Below are positions 20,026-30,411 of a stretch of 64,000 nucleotides of DNA, in pieces. The stretch spans positions 800,001-864,000 of the forward strand of contig CAWFQB010000005.1 in assembly GCA_963817895.1 (NCBI GenBank), given 5' to 3'. The position numbers and the translations under genes were made by a program. This DNA is from an uncultured Chthonomonadaceae bacterium. Its GTDB lineage: Bacteria; Armatimonadota; Chthonomonadetes; Chthonomonadales; Chthonomonadaceae. How positions within the stretch are numbered: the first letter of the stretch is position 1; each line of letters starts with the position of its first letter. Below the pieces are notes generated by a model. It did no database searches, was not told the DNA's origin, and worked only from the letters and a program-made list of their open reading frames with translations.

Positions 20026-21439
20026 TATTCCTCGCGTCCGTTTTAAGGATGATGTCACTGACGCCGGTTTTGTTGAAGCCTTTGAAGCCTTCCCAACGCT
20101 GCAATATTTCCAGATGGCTGCCTGCCGCGCCCTGCGCGCGAAATTTATCGGCCTGTTTCGGCGTGATGCTGCCCATGTCGAGCAGAACTTGCAGGCGGTC
20201 AGGGGCGACGGGCCAGAGTTCGGGTTGGGTGAACGCCTGTTTGAGCATGGGCAGGTCGGTGAAGGGCGACATCACGCCGAAGCCCGCTGATTCCAGATTG
20301 GCCTGTACCTGCGCGTAATCGAATTCGGCTTCCAGATGGTGCATCCCGGCTTGCGCGATGCTGCTGCCGTGAAGAGCGCACCACAGCCCGATCGTTCCCA
20401 AGATGCGGCGCGGCGGCAGGTCTTCACTCGCGAAATCAATGTCGAGTTCTTCCGGCGACATGTCCACATCCGCGAAAATCACCACGCGGCTGACGGGATG
20501 TTCCAGAATCTGCGCTCCCCAACCGGCCTCCGCGCCCGCGTAAAACCGTTCGCGCATCTCAAAGCCGAGCGTCAAAAACAACTGCATCAGGGGCCGGAAC
20601 AACTCGCGGGAACTGCGATAGGTGTGGTGGTCGTGGTTAGCCCAGCCGATGCCAAGTTGCTGTTGCTGGTCGAACTGCCAGAGGGCGGCCTTATTGCGGC
20701 TCATGTAGAAACTGCGTTCCATCTGAAAGAATATGTCTGTTGTGAGATCACAGCCTAACTCAGCAATCGTCGCCGTAATCAAGCGTTGAGTATGCGCAAG
20801 AACATTATCTTCTGCGCCGCAACGATTGCGCTCCATGATGTTGACAACGACGGAAAAAAACGCTTTGCGCTGCAAGTCGTTTATCTGTTGCGGCTGAAAG
20901 CCGTTATAGCCGCGTCGCTCGACAGCGGCCAGTTCTCCCAATGGCTGATGAATGACACTCTCTCGATAACCGCTGTATGGGACGCCTTCAATTTTCTCTG
21001 TGCTGAGAGAGTAAGTATTGAGGAACTGGTCAACATGCTCAACCAGCAGGGCAAGGCGCGGCTGTTTCTGTTCTCTGGCGAGGCGGACGCGGGGAAAGCG
21101 GGCTTGCGGATGTTCCCAAACCGCTTCGCCGTCAATTGTGGTTTCGACAAGGCCACAGGCGCGGAGTTCGTTGGCGAGTTCGTCAGATGCGGGCAGAAGC
21201 CAGTGATCCACAAGGTTGTAAATGTGAACGCCCACTTCGCACTGTAGACGGGCGGCAAACTGCTCCACAAAAGGGTTCAGCGCCGCGAATTCGCGCAGTT
21301 GCCGCGCAAAGAACGCTTCGGCTTCAGGACAGCGGGGCCAGACATGAGGTATGTTCATAGGTTTCGTACTCCTGCAATGAGCAACCGATGGGCTGTAACG
21401 CGCGTAACTAATGGAAGGATGGCGTTTACCGGCCTCCAA
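20018..21439 (-). CDS. Hypothetical VOC-fold metalloenzyme, putative divergent 2-oxoadipate dioxygenase/decarboxylase (HglS/DUF1338-like)
   Basis: NHDHHTYRSS, LWCALHG, GMHHLE, HLEILQR..GFKGF. Start may be ATG 21358. Confidence 0.55.
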   Translation of the reverse strand: MEAGKRHPSISYARYSPSVAHCRSTKPMNIPHVWPRCPEAEAFFARQLREFAALNPFVEQFAARLQCEVGVHIYNLVDHWLLPASDELANELRACGLVETTIDGEAVWEHPQARFPRVRLAREQKQPRLALLVEHVDQFLNTYSLSTEKIEGVPYSGYRESVIHQPLGELAAVERRGYNGFQPQQINDLQRKAFFSVVVNIMERNRCGAEDNVLAHTQRLITATIAELGCDLTTDIFFQMERSFYMSRNKAALWQFDQQQQLGIGWANHDHHTYRSSRELFRPLMQLFLTLGFEMRERFYAGAEAGWGAQILEHPVSRVVIFADVDMSPEELDIDFASEDLPPRRILGTIGLWCALHGSSIAQAGMHHLEAEFDYAQVQANLESAGFGVMSPFTDLPMLKQAFTQPELWPVAPDRLQVLLDMGSITPKQADKFRAQGAAGSHLEILQRWEGFKGFNKTGVSDIILKTDARNTN

Positions 21440-21461
21440 TGATATTTAACAAGGATAACGA

Positions 21462-23471
21462 GTGAACAACACAGTTACGGGCCGGACGCGCAAAAGCAGG
21501 TTTCCGGCAAAATGGCTCGGTACAGGCGCGTTTGCGTTGACGATTGGGATTGTATGGCTATCCGCCAACATTTCTGCGCAGCAAACCCCAGTCCACGAGC
21601 CGCGCAAAGCCTCGCCGCGTTACGTTCGGCATGGTCAGGCAATCGCGCCAACCGCGCTGACCACACTGTTGCGGCAGGCAACGCAGGCTGTCAATGCGCG
21701 GGATGGGGACGCGCTCAAGCCCCTTGTCGCGCCGGAATCCCTGTCTTCCTTCGGTTGGATGCGCGAAAAGACGACCAAGCATTGGACGGACGAAGTTCTG
21801 GTGTTACCCGATCCCGGCGCGCGTTTTGCCCGCAATGCCTCGGCGTATGCGCCCGCTTCTTCCGCTTTATTATACCTTGCCATTTTCCATGCGTGGCATA
21901 CCTGCGAAAGCGATGGCGACCATATTCATCGTATCGAACCGGGCGAAAATGGCGGATGGAAGTTGGGTACAGAAATACCGGAAACGGAAACCGGAGGCTA
22001 TCGGGTTCGCGACCACGATTTGACCGTGACTATTGACCCCGCGCAGCATACCACGGCTATCAAAGATACGATCCGGGTGGAAGTATCGGGGACGCCCCTG
22101 CTGCCGGTTTGCCTGCTGCGCCTGTCCGATGATTTTAAGGTCAGTTCGCTGACGAGCAAAAACGCTCCTGTTGCGTATGCGCAGGCCGGGGGCGTGATTG
22201 CCGTTGCGCCGCCTATGCTGGACGCGAATCACGCCTTTCCGCTCACGATGACCTACAGCGGACACGTATTGCATCAAGGTTCGGATTACATCAACACGCA
22301 GGAGGCTACGCTCAACTCGTACTGGTATCCGCATATCGCCCGCCTGCCCGCCACGTCTACGGTCACGGCAACCGCACCGCCCCATTGGACTCCCATTGCG
22401 CAGGGCGAGAAAAAGCAGGAAAAGCGCGGGGGTGATGGTTCGCTCACCGTCACGTACCGCAACGATGTGCCGAACAGTTTCTTCACGATTGACATGGGGC
22501 CATACACGGCTTATCCGCGCAAAGCGGCAGGGCGAACGCTGACCGTTTACCTGCTGCTGCCCAATCCGAATCTGGCAAAGCGCAGTTTGGACCTGCTGGA
22601 GAAATCGCTGTCCTTTTACGATATGGAGTTTGCTCCCTTCCCCTATACGCATTATGAGGTCGTGGAAACGCGGGGGCCGTTCGGCGGCGCATTGGAAGCG
22701 TATTCGTTCGCGACGTTCGGGGAGGGAACCCTGCCGTCCGAACTTCCGCATGAATTATCGCATACGTGGTGGGGCGGGCTGATTCCCTGCGCGTACACCC
22801 GCTCGATGTGGAACGAATCCTTTGCGCAGTATTCGCAGGAATTGTTTGCGCGTCTGAACCCTCAAATGGCGAACGAGATTGATGTGGATAAACTGCGACC
22901 GGCGGGGAAGCGGCGCAGTTTCGGCAATGCGTTCGAGGGCGCGACAATGGAAAACGCCCACGATACCAGTGACAACGCGCAAAACGCGGTAGGGTATAGC
23001 AAGGGCGCGTTCGTGTTGCGCGTGTTGGAGGAACAAATCGGGCGGGAGAAAATGCGCGAAAGCATCAAAAACTTTTTAGCCGCGCATCCGAAAGGCGAAG
23101 CGGCAGAATGGCCGGAATTTGAACGCGCCGTCCACAAAACAACCGGACTGGATTATGGCTGGTTTTTCGACCAGTGGACAAAGCGGACGGGACTGCCGCA
23201 TATTCGGCTCGCCAATGTCGCCAGCAGGCGAAGCGGAAACGGCTACGTCGTGGAGGGCGACATTGATCAGGAGGGCGAACCGTACCGCCTGCGCGTTCCC
23301 CTGCGCCTGCAAACCGGAAACGAAAAATCGCTGAATGAAAATCTGGAGGTTTCCGGAAAGCAGACCCACTTTCAACTGAATACGCCAAACCAACCCACTC
23401 GCCTGACGCTTGACCCGGAAAATATCCTGCCACTCTCGACAACGGCGGAACAGGCCAGCGTTGGGTTCTGA
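21462..23471 (+). CDS. Secreted M1 family aminopeptidase
   Basis: GGALE, HELSHTWWG-x-WNESFA, YSKGA, FFDQW. Confidence 0.9.
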   Translation: MNNTVTGRTRKSRFPAKWLGTGAFALTIGIVWLSANISAQQTPVHEPRKASPRYVRHGQAIAPTALTTLLRQATQAVNARDGDALKPLVAPESLSSFGWMREKTTKHWTDEVLVLPDPGARFARNASAYAPASSALLYLAIFHAWHTCESDGDHIHRIEPGENGGWKLGTEIPETETGGYRVRDHDLTVTIDPAQHTTAIKDTIRVEVSGTPLLPVCLLRLSDDFKVSSLTSKNAPVAYAQAGGVIAVAPPMLDANHAFPLTMTYSGHVLHQGSDYINTQEATLNSYWYPHIARLPATSTVTATAPPHWTPIAQGEKKQEKRGGDGSLTVTYRNDVPNSFFTIDMGPYTAYPRKAAGRTLTVYLLLPNPNLAKRSLDLLEKSLSFYDMEFAPFPYTHYEVVETRGPFGGALEAYSFATFGEGTLPSELPHELSHTWWGGLIPCAYTRSMWNESFAQYSQELFARLNPQMANEIDVDKLRPAGKRRSFGNAFEGATMENAHDTSDNAQNAVGYSKGAFVLRVLEEQIGREKMRESIKNFLAAHPKGEAAEWPEFERAVHKTTGLDYGWFFDQWTKRTGLPHIRLANVASRRSGNGYVVEGDIDQEGEPYRLRVPLRLQTGNEKSLNENLEVSGKQTHFQLNTPNQPTRLTLDPENILPLSTTAEQASVGF

Positions 23472-23508
23472 GCAGGCGCGCCGTTACCCGGTTTGTTGAA
23501 GATAGATT

Positions 23509-24093
23509 CTAAGGCGTGTTGGCAGCGGTTCGCGTTGTGATGGAAGCGCGGGACAGTTGCAGCGTGAAAAAGGCGGCGCGTTCCGGCGGGATAGCGGCCA
23601 GCACTTCGCCTACCTTTTTCTCGTCCATGCGGCGCAGCAGGGCAATGATTTGCGGGTCCGGCATTTTGACGAAAATCTTCACGATATTGTCTGCCGACAT
23701 CTGCTCATAAATGGACGCCAGTCGCGCCACCTCTTTCGGGTCTGCGGACGGCGCGGCGGTTGTGTCCTGTTTCGCCTTGTCCGCTTTGGCCTGCTCTTCC
23801 AGTTTTGTTTGCGCCTGTTTTTGCGCTTCCCAATCCGCGCGCTCTTTTTGCAGCGAGTCGCGCTGCGCGTTCAACGCCTGCTGTTCCGGCGACACGACCG
23901 GGACACCGACCGCCGGTTTCGCCGGAGGAACTTTATACAGCCCCAACGGCATCAGAACGCGGGCAAGGGCGGCACTTTTCTCGCCCATCTTCTGCGCGGG
24001 GATGATCTGCGCCTTCGCCAGTCCGTACCCAATTCCCACCGCCAGTGCCAGCGGCACAACCATGAACAGAACTATTTTTAAGCCTTTGGACAT
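23509..24093 (-). CDS. MotE/YlxF/FlbB-like flagellar protein (MgtE N-terminal-like domain)
   Basis: TM helix, coiled coil, RLASIYEQM...MDEKKVGEVLAAIPPERAA; downstream of fliJ. Confidence 0.75.
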   Translation of the reverse strand: MSKGLKIVLFMVVPLALAVGIGYGLAKAQIIPAQKMGEKSAALARVLMPLGLYKVPPAKPAVGVPVVSPEQQALNAQRDSLQKERADWEAQKQAQTKLEEQAKADKAKQDTTAAPSADPKEVARLASIYEQMSADNIVKIFVKMPDPQIIALLRRMDEKKVGEVLAAIPPERAAFFTLQLSRASITTRTAANTP

Positions 24094-24102
24094 TGTTTCT
24101 CT

Positions 24103-24732
24103 CTACTTCTTCTCAACCATTCCCATAATCCGCTTCACATACTGCTGAGTTTCGGCGTAGGGGGGGATGCCATTGTACTTTTTCACCGCGCCGGAACCGG
24201 CGTTGTAGGCGGCGAGGGCGAGGGGCGTGTCCCCTTTGTACTGTTTGAGCAGGCCGGACAGCAGGCGCGTACCCGCCGCAATGTTCTGCTCCGGGTCGAA
24301 CGGATCGGTAACGCCGAGTTCGTGTATCTCTTCGGGCATGAGCTGCATCAGTCCGCGCGCGCCCGCATGGGAAACGTCGTGGGGGTTGCCGTCCGATTCC
24401 TGCCGAATCACCGCCCGTACCAGTTCGGGTGGCAATCCGTTTTGCCCCGCGTGTTTGGCGATCAGAGCTTCGATATAGGGCGCGAAGGGCGGGCCGCCAT
24501 TGCCCGTCGGCTGTAGGGTCAGGCTGCCGTTCGCCTGCGCCAACTGTAAATTGAAGGGCTGCTGTATCGCGCCTGCCTTTGTGCCGGGCAGAGTTCCCGC
24601 TGGTCCCAAACCGGGCAGGGGCGTCCCAATAGCGGCAGTCTTAGCGGGAACGGGCGGAGGCAACGGATCGGCAAACATGCCCAACTTCGCCTGTATGTCC
24701 TGAATTCGCGCAAGGGTCGCTTCATAACTCAT
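24103..24732 (-). CDS. Lytic transglycosylase (SLT domain)
   Basis: AVIRQES, GARGLMQLMP, ALAAYNAG, ETQQYV. Confidence 0.93.
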   Translation of the reverse strand: MSYEATLARIQDIQAKLGMFADPLPPPVPAKTAAIGTPLPGLGPAGTLPGTKAGAIQQPFNLQLAQANGSLTLQPTGNGGPPFAPYIEALIAKHAGQNGLPPELVRAVIRQESDGNPHDVSHAGARGLMQLMPEEIHELGVTDPFDPEQNIAAGTRLLSGLLKQYKGDTPLALAAYNAGSGAVKKYNGIPPYAETQQYVKRIMGMVEKK

Positions 24733-24751
24733 AATCGCTTTTCCTCATGTT

Positions 24752-25195
24752 TTAAGCCGCCCGGATATAACGTATCGTGGCAAGTTCGTCCAGCGTTTCC
24801 TGCTCTGATTTTTGCGCTTCTTCCGTATGCAGAACAAGGTCTTTTTCGCGCAATTGCGTCACGGCTTGCCGCGCTTGCCGCGCCAGAAGCATCGCCTGCC
24901 GGGTCTCTTCCGCTACAATTTGGGCCGCTTCCACGCGCCGCGTTTGCTGTTCGATAGCCGCCTGTAGGGTCAGCAGATAGCGTTCGCGGTCGAAAATTAG
25001 ATGCGCGTCGAACGCCTCTCCCACTTTGCCCGGACGCCCCGCCACAATTCGCGCGAACTCGTCTTCCAGTCCCGCCAATCGAATTTTTAGCGTCTGCCAG
25101 TTGCCCTGCGCGTTGGCAAACTCCTGTTCACGCAGGGTTTCCAGCGTTTCGCGATGCCGCAACACAGTTTCCAGTCGAAAGGTAAATCGGCGCAT
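24752..25195 (-). CDS. fliJ: Flagellar export chaperone FliJ
   Basis: MRRFTFRLETVL N-terminus, EQETLDELA C-terminus, 147 aa, directly after fliI. Confidence 0.88.
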   Translation of the reverse strand: MRRFTFRLETVLRHRETLETLREQEFANAQGNWQTLKIRLAGLEDEFARIVAGRPGKVGEAFDAHLIFDRERYLLTLQAAIEQQTRRVEAAQIVAEETRQAMLLARQARQAVTQLREKDLVLHTEEAQKSEQETLDELATIRYIRAA

Positions 25196-25208
25196 GGCGC
25201 TCCGAAGC

Positions 25209-25282
25209 AGGAAAAAGGAAAAAGGAAAAAGGAGAAAGTGACTGGTTACAGACTTTTTCCCTTCTCCTTTTTCCTTTTTCCT
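25209..25282. repeat. Inverted pair of GGAAAAA heptamer arrays between fliI and fliJ
   Basis: AGGAAAAAGGAAAAAGGAAAAAGGAGAAAG ... CTTTTTCCCTTCTCCTTTTTCCTTTTTCCT. Confidence 0.85.
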
Positions 25283-26658
25283 AACTTGTGAATTGCGTCA
25301 GCAGCGTCCGCAGCGTGTCCATATACGAACTCGGCGCGTCGGCGGGCTGGCGCAGGAAGGCGTTGGCGTGGTCTATTTTGGCTTTGGCGTGGTCTATGCG
25401 AGGGTTACTGCCGTCCACGTATGCGCCGATGTTGATAAGGTCTTCCGCCTGTTTGTAGGTGGCGAGAATGTCGCGCAGGCCGTCTGAGGCTTGTCGCTGT
25501 TCGGGGGACGTGATGGCGGGCATGACGCGGCTGATACTTTGCAGCACGTCCAGAGCGGGGTAGTGTCCCCGATGCGCAAGATGGCGGGACAGGACAATAT
25601 GCCCGTCCAGAATACCGCGCACTGCATCGGCAACGGGTTCGTTCATGTCGTCGCCCTCCACCAGAACCGTATACAGGCCCGTGATGCTTCCCAGCCCGGT
25701 TCCCGACGTTCCCGCGCGTTCAAGGAGGCGTGGCAGCATGGCGAACACGCTCGGAGTATAGCCGCGCGTGGCGGGCGGCTCGCCAATGGCAAGTCCCACT
25801 TCGCGCTGCGCCATCGCGAGACGAGTGACGGAGTCCATCATCAGCATTACATCCAAGCCCTGATCGCGGAAATATTCGGCAATCGCGGTGGCGACAAGCG
25901 GGGCTTTGATACGCACAAGGGCGGGCTGATCCGAGGTGGCGACTACGACAACCGACCGCTGTACGCCCTCGACTCCCAGAACTCTCCTCGACAAAATCCC
26001 GCACTTCGCGCCCGCGTTCACCCACAAGCGCGATCACGTTCACGTCCGCGCTGGAACTGCGGGCAATCATGCCCATCAGCGTAGATTTGCCGACGCCCGA
26101 ACCGGCGAAAATGCCCATGCGCTGCCCCTTGCCGATTGTCAGGCAGCCATCCAGAGCGCGGACGCCGGTTGACAGCGGTTCGGTGATGCGGGGGCGCGTG
26201 ACGGCATTGGGCGGCGGGGCATTGACGGGGTAATACTGGTTCAATTCGAGAGGCGGGCCGCCATCCATTGGCTGTCCCAACCCGTCCAGCATCCTGCCGA
26301 GCAGGACATTGCCGACGGGAACCTGCTGCGTTTGCCGCGTGGCAACCACTTCACTGCCCGGCTTGATGCCCTCCATCACGCCGAGCGGCATAAGCAGAAC
26401 CCGATTTTCCCGAAACCCAACGACTTCGGCTTTAATCGGCGGCCTTGTCGGGTCATAATGGTTGGCGCGGTCATAATAAATCTGGCAGATTTCCCCAAGC
26501 GCGGCGTTCGGCCCGCTGGATTCAATCACCAGCCCGATAACCTGCGTCACCTTGCCGTTCTGCTTGACCAGATCAGTGCGCAACACGCGCTGGCGTATGC
26601 GTTCCAGATCAACAACGGGTGGCAATATGGGGGGAAAATCAAGAGAGGAAGGGTTCAT
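25281..26658 (-). CDS. fliI: Flagellar export ATPase FliI; apparent +1 frameshift near 25986
   Basis: GSGVGKS and GERGREV in one frame; MMDSVTR..REVGL..GEPP, DGHIVLSR in the next. Confidence 0.93.
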
Positions 26659-26758
26659 ACATTCATTATCGGGAAATGAGAAGCGGCTTTGCAGGAAAAT
26701 AAGGGCGTGTAATTCGAAGCAGAACTACTGTGCCAATAGACAGCACAAAAAGAACGAT

Positions 26759-27224
26759 GTAGGGGCGCTGCTTGCTGCGCCTTTGTATCAGGATTGCGCC
26801 TTTGTTTGAGGAGGGTTCAGCAAGCAGAACCCCTACTTGTACCTTATTCTTCTACCTTTTACAACTTGAACGTTTTATTCTGAAACGCAGCAAACAAGCG
26901 TTCCGGACAGCGTTGTAAGTCTATCCAGTTGTGTCAGGGAATATCTCCTATTGCGTCCTGCTGAATAGATGACTTGCCTTCTTCTATCCGAAGCAGCGAC
27001 AACAACCTTTAGGATGCCACAAAGGAGGCAAGTCATTATGTCTCGCGCTGTAGCTGATCGTGGTGACAATCAATACCTGATACTACTCATCGTTCAGGCC
27101 CGACTACTAAACTACAGTCGTACCATCCAGAGGGGAAGGGCGCAGCAAGCAACGTCCCTACGTTGCGAAATTGTAACGCCATTCATTTTGTAGGGGCGCT
27201 GCTCGCTGCGCCCTTCCCCTCTGG
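26759..27224. repeat. GTAG-type REP cluster upstream of the RAYT gene (further copy at 27839..27865)
   Basis: GTAGGGGCGCTGCTYGCTGCGCC at 26759 and 27190; inverse copies GGGTTCAGCAAGCAGAACCCCTAC (ends 26836) and GGGCGCAGCAAGCAACGTCCCTAC (ends 27161). Confidence 0.88.
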
Positions 27225-27287
27225 GCCCTTTGCTGCTCGTTGCGCCCTTTACTTTAACGATTGTTGTCCCGCTTTGGAAAATTGACG

Positions 27288-27790
27288 ATGCGCTACGATC
27301 CTGACCGCCATCATCGCCGTTCCCTTCGACTGCAAGGGTACGACTATTCGCAACAGGGAGCCTATTTCGTCACGGTTTGCGTTCATAACCGCGAATGTCT
27401 GCTGGCGAAATCGGCAATGGAACTGTCGTTCTCTCGAAAGTCGGTCAGGCCGTCGAACAGGCGTGGCAGGAGATTGCGGAACGGTTTTCCTATGTGGCTT
27501 TGGACGAATACGTTCTCATGCCTAACCACCTGCACGGCCTTCTCGTTTTTACCGAACCCAACAAGGCAACCGCGTCTGGCAAGGCAACATTGGGCAAGGT
27601 TCTTCGCGCATTCAAGTCGCTTTCAGCGATACAGGCCAATCGGCTGTTAGACCGCGCGGAACAACCCTTTTGGCAGCGTAACTATTACGAACGTATTGTC
27701 CGAAACGAGCTGGAGATGGAGCAAACGCGCATCTACATCCGCAACAATCCTCTGCAATGGGCAACAGATGCAGAAAACCCGATGCAAGAT
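27288..27790 (+). mobile_element. REP-associated tyrosine transposase (RAYT, Y1/HUH); apparent -1 frameshift near 27404
   Basis: HHRRSLRLQGYDYSQQGAYFVTVC, MPNHLH, FKSLSA, WQRNYYERIVRN, YIRNNP. No stop before the next gene; end approximate. Confidence 0.9.
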
Positions 27791-27904
27791 GCGCCCTGTA
27801 TTTGTAACGTTTGTCTTGCAAAAGGGGGGCAGCAAAAAGAGGGTTCAGCAAGCAGAACTCCGACGCCTTGTTCTCTATGTATTTATAGAAAGGAGGGTGT
27901 TGCA

Positions 27905-28534
27905 ATGGCCTACCGCGATTTCACCCTCCCGGCACTGATCCGGCAGTTCAGCCTGACCATAGATGAAACGACCGACCTTTTTGCCGATGTGCCGGAAACA
28001 CCCCTGCGCCCGGAGTTTCAAGCGCGGCTCGGCATTATGGTTCCCCTTGCCCTCACGAATTCGACCGAAAAGGCGCGTTCCGAGTTCATCATCGCGCCCG
28101 TTCTACTGGAACTCTGGCTGCTCAAAAATCGCGAGGTCGGGCTGCTTTCCGGCGTGGAGTTCAACATAGATAGGGCGCAGGGGCTAGAGGGTGTCTGTGA
28201 TTACATCATCACCCGCTTCCCCAAACAACTTTTCATCAAGGCGCCGGTTCTGGTGGTCGTGGAGGCGAAGAACGAGGACATGAAGAAAGGCTACGCGCAG
28301 TGCGGCGCGGAACTAATTGCGGCGCAGCAGTTCAATGAGCGGGAAGGCACGACAACCGAGCGTCTCTATGGTGTAGTGACTATCGGAGAGTTATGGCGGT
28401 TCATGGAGTTGGAAGGCACAACGCTACGGCTCGATTCGCGCAGTTACCACATTGATCGCCTGCCCAAGATCATGGGTATTCTCCTGTGCCTGACCGGAAT
28501 GTACCCGTCAACAGAGAGCGCAACACAATCCTGA
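27905..28534 (+). CDS. PD-(D/E)xK nuclease-like hypothetical protein (HsdR N-terminal-like)
   Basis: AGGAGG RBS; EKARSEFIIAPVL, G.CDY, VVEAK, QC.AE..AAQ.FN, YGVVT.G..W.F. Confidence 0.75.
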   Translation: MAYRDFTLPALIRQFSLTIDETTDLFADVPETPLRPEFQARLGIMVPLALTNSTEKARSEFIIAPVLLELWLLKNREVGLLSGVEFNIDRAQGLEGVCDYIITRFPKQLFIKAPVLVVVEAKNEDMKKGYAQCGAELIAAQQFNEREGTTTERLYGVVTIGELWRFMELEGTTLRLDSRSYHIDRLPKIMGILLCLTGMYPSTESATQS

Positions 28535-28659
28535 ATGTAGCAACAGGGTGTCGGGTATCAGGTTGAGCCGTCTGGCGCGATCCGGCAGAAGCATTGACGC
28601 GCGGTTCGTTCGTTTAATCTGTAGCAGCAACACCGTCTGCGCAAAATTGCGCAATGCAG

Positions 28660-28689
28660 TTGACAGAGTGGCAAACCATGCGGTATATT
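28660..28689 (+). promoter_or_regulatory. Sigma70-type promoter of the str operon
   Basis: TTGACA-N18-TATATT about 260 nt upstream of rpsL. Confidence 0.6.
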
Positions 28690-28945
28690 GTAAAGGTTTG
28701 CAGAATGCAGCAGGCGTGGAGGACCACGCATAAGGAGGCGGGCGGGGCGGACGCGAGTTCTTTTCCCTGGGGATCACCTGGCAGGAAGTGCCATAGATGC
28801 CATCATGCCGTGTCCTTTCCTGCCATGCACGGGCAGGTTTTTTTACGTCCAACCACATCCGGTTGCTTCTGCGCCCCGCGCTTTACGGCGCAAACATCCA
28901 TTTTTTAACGCGCAAAACGGAACTCATAAAGGGGAATGGCACAGT

Positions 28946-29317
28946 ATGCCTACGATCAATCAGTTGGTCCGCAAGGGCCGCAAGCGTCTGATTAAGAAGA
29001 CCAAAGCGCCCGCGCTCAAAGGCAATCCGCAACTGCGCGGCGTCTGCCTCGTGGTGAAAACGGTCACGCCGAAGAAACCGAACTCCGCGTTGCGCAAAAT
29101 CGCCCGCGTCCGCCTGACCAACAAAACCGAAGTCACGGCCTACATTCCGGGCATCGGACACAACTTGCAGGAACACTCCGTCGTTATGATTCGCGGCGGT
29201 CGCGTCAAGGACCTGCCCGGCGTCCGCTACCATATCGTGCGCGGCACACTCGACACAGCCGGAACCCGCGACCGTAAATCCAGCCGTTCCAAGTACGGTA
29301 CGAAGAAGCCGAAGTAG
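28946..29317 (+). CDS. rpsL: 30S ribosomal protein S12
   Basis: [32 protein letters not shown]. Confidence 0.99.
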   Translation: MPTINQLVRKGRKRLIKKTKAPALKGNPQLRGVCLVVKTVTPKKPNSALRKIARVRLTNKTEVTAYIPGIGHNLQEHSVVMIRGGRVKDLPGVRYHIVRGTLDTAGTRDRKSSRSKYGTKKPK

Positions 29318-29326
29318 GAGACAATC

Positions 29327-29797
29327 ATGCCTCGTAAGGGAAAAAGTGTGCTGCGCGGGATTACGCCGGACCCCGTTTATGGCAATATTCTGGCGCAACG
29401 CTTTATCAACCGCCTGATGGTGGACGGTAAAAAAAGTATCGCGGAAAAGATTTTCTACTCCGCGCTGGAACAGTGCGAAGTTCGGGCCAAGCGTCCGGGT
29501 ATCGAAGTGTTCGAGCAGGCGATTCGCAATGTCGCGCCCGCCGTGGAAGTGCGCCCCCGCCGCGTCGGTGGCTCGACCTATCAGGTTCCGACCGAAGTGC
29601 GGCCTGAGCGCAAGTATGCTCTCGCGTTGCGCTGGCTGGTCACGAACTCCCGCAAGCGGGCAGGTCGCACGATGGCTGAAAAGCTGACGGGCGAACTGAT
29701 GGACGCCGCGAACGGAACCGGCTCGTCGGTAAAGAAAAAAGAAGACGTGCATCGCATGGCCGATGCCAACAAAGCGTTTGCGCATTATCGGTTTTAG
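29327..29797 (+). CDS. rpsG: 30S ribosomal protein S7
   Basis: RRVGGSTYQVP, HRMADANKAFAHY. Confidence 0.99.
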   Translation: MPRKGKSVLRGITPDPVYGNILAQRFINRLMVDGKKSIAEKIFYSALEQCEVRAKRPGIEVFEQAIRNVAPAVEVRPRRVGGSTYQVPTEVRPERKYALALRWLVTNSRKRAGRTMAEKLTGELMDAANGTGSSVKKKEDVHRMADANKAFAHYRF

Positions 29798-29800
29798 GAG

Positions 29801-29937
29801 GGTGATTGGTGGTTGGTGGTTGGTGACTGGTTACTTCGTTCAGAAAGACGTGTCCGTGAGCTTCAAGGCTGTAACCGACACGCTAAACTTTCGCTTTGAA
29901 CAACCAATCATCAACCACCAACCACCAACCACCAATC
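29801..29937. repeat. Inverted pair of TTGGTGG heptamer arrays after rpsG
   Basis: GATTGGTGGTTGGTGGTTGGTGA ... TCAACCACCAACCACCAACCACCAATC. Confidence 0.9.
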
Positions 29938-30411
29938 TTGTGCCTCAAATTGCCCGGCACGAGGAGGATAGTATGTTGTACAATATGAGAGCAAGTTGCC
30001 GTATGGCGCGGCGCTCATTTCGCTGTCGAACGGGGTGTCTTCGGTAGGCCAATCGGCGGTTTGCGCGCGTAAAAGCGGCAAATCCGTTCGGAACATGAAA
30101 AGGTGACTGGAACAACCGGGGACGGCAGATTGCCGTTCTTTGTTGCGAAAGCCTCTTTTCTTTCGATATGTTCTGTACGCGGCAGTCAGCGCGCAATGGG
30201 AAGCGGTTACGCGCCGCCCGATTGGCAGTACGGGTTCCATTCTGTACCTATGGGGAATTCTTTTCCCGATTTGGATGAATGTTCAGCCCGCAACTTACCG
30301 TGACACTCGTATATGGCAGCGAGTGGCATGTATTTTCCTTCGCAACACTCGGAAGCAATTTGAACGCCGCCTGTGTCGGACGACCGGGCGAGGATAGACA
30401 AGAACGAAACT

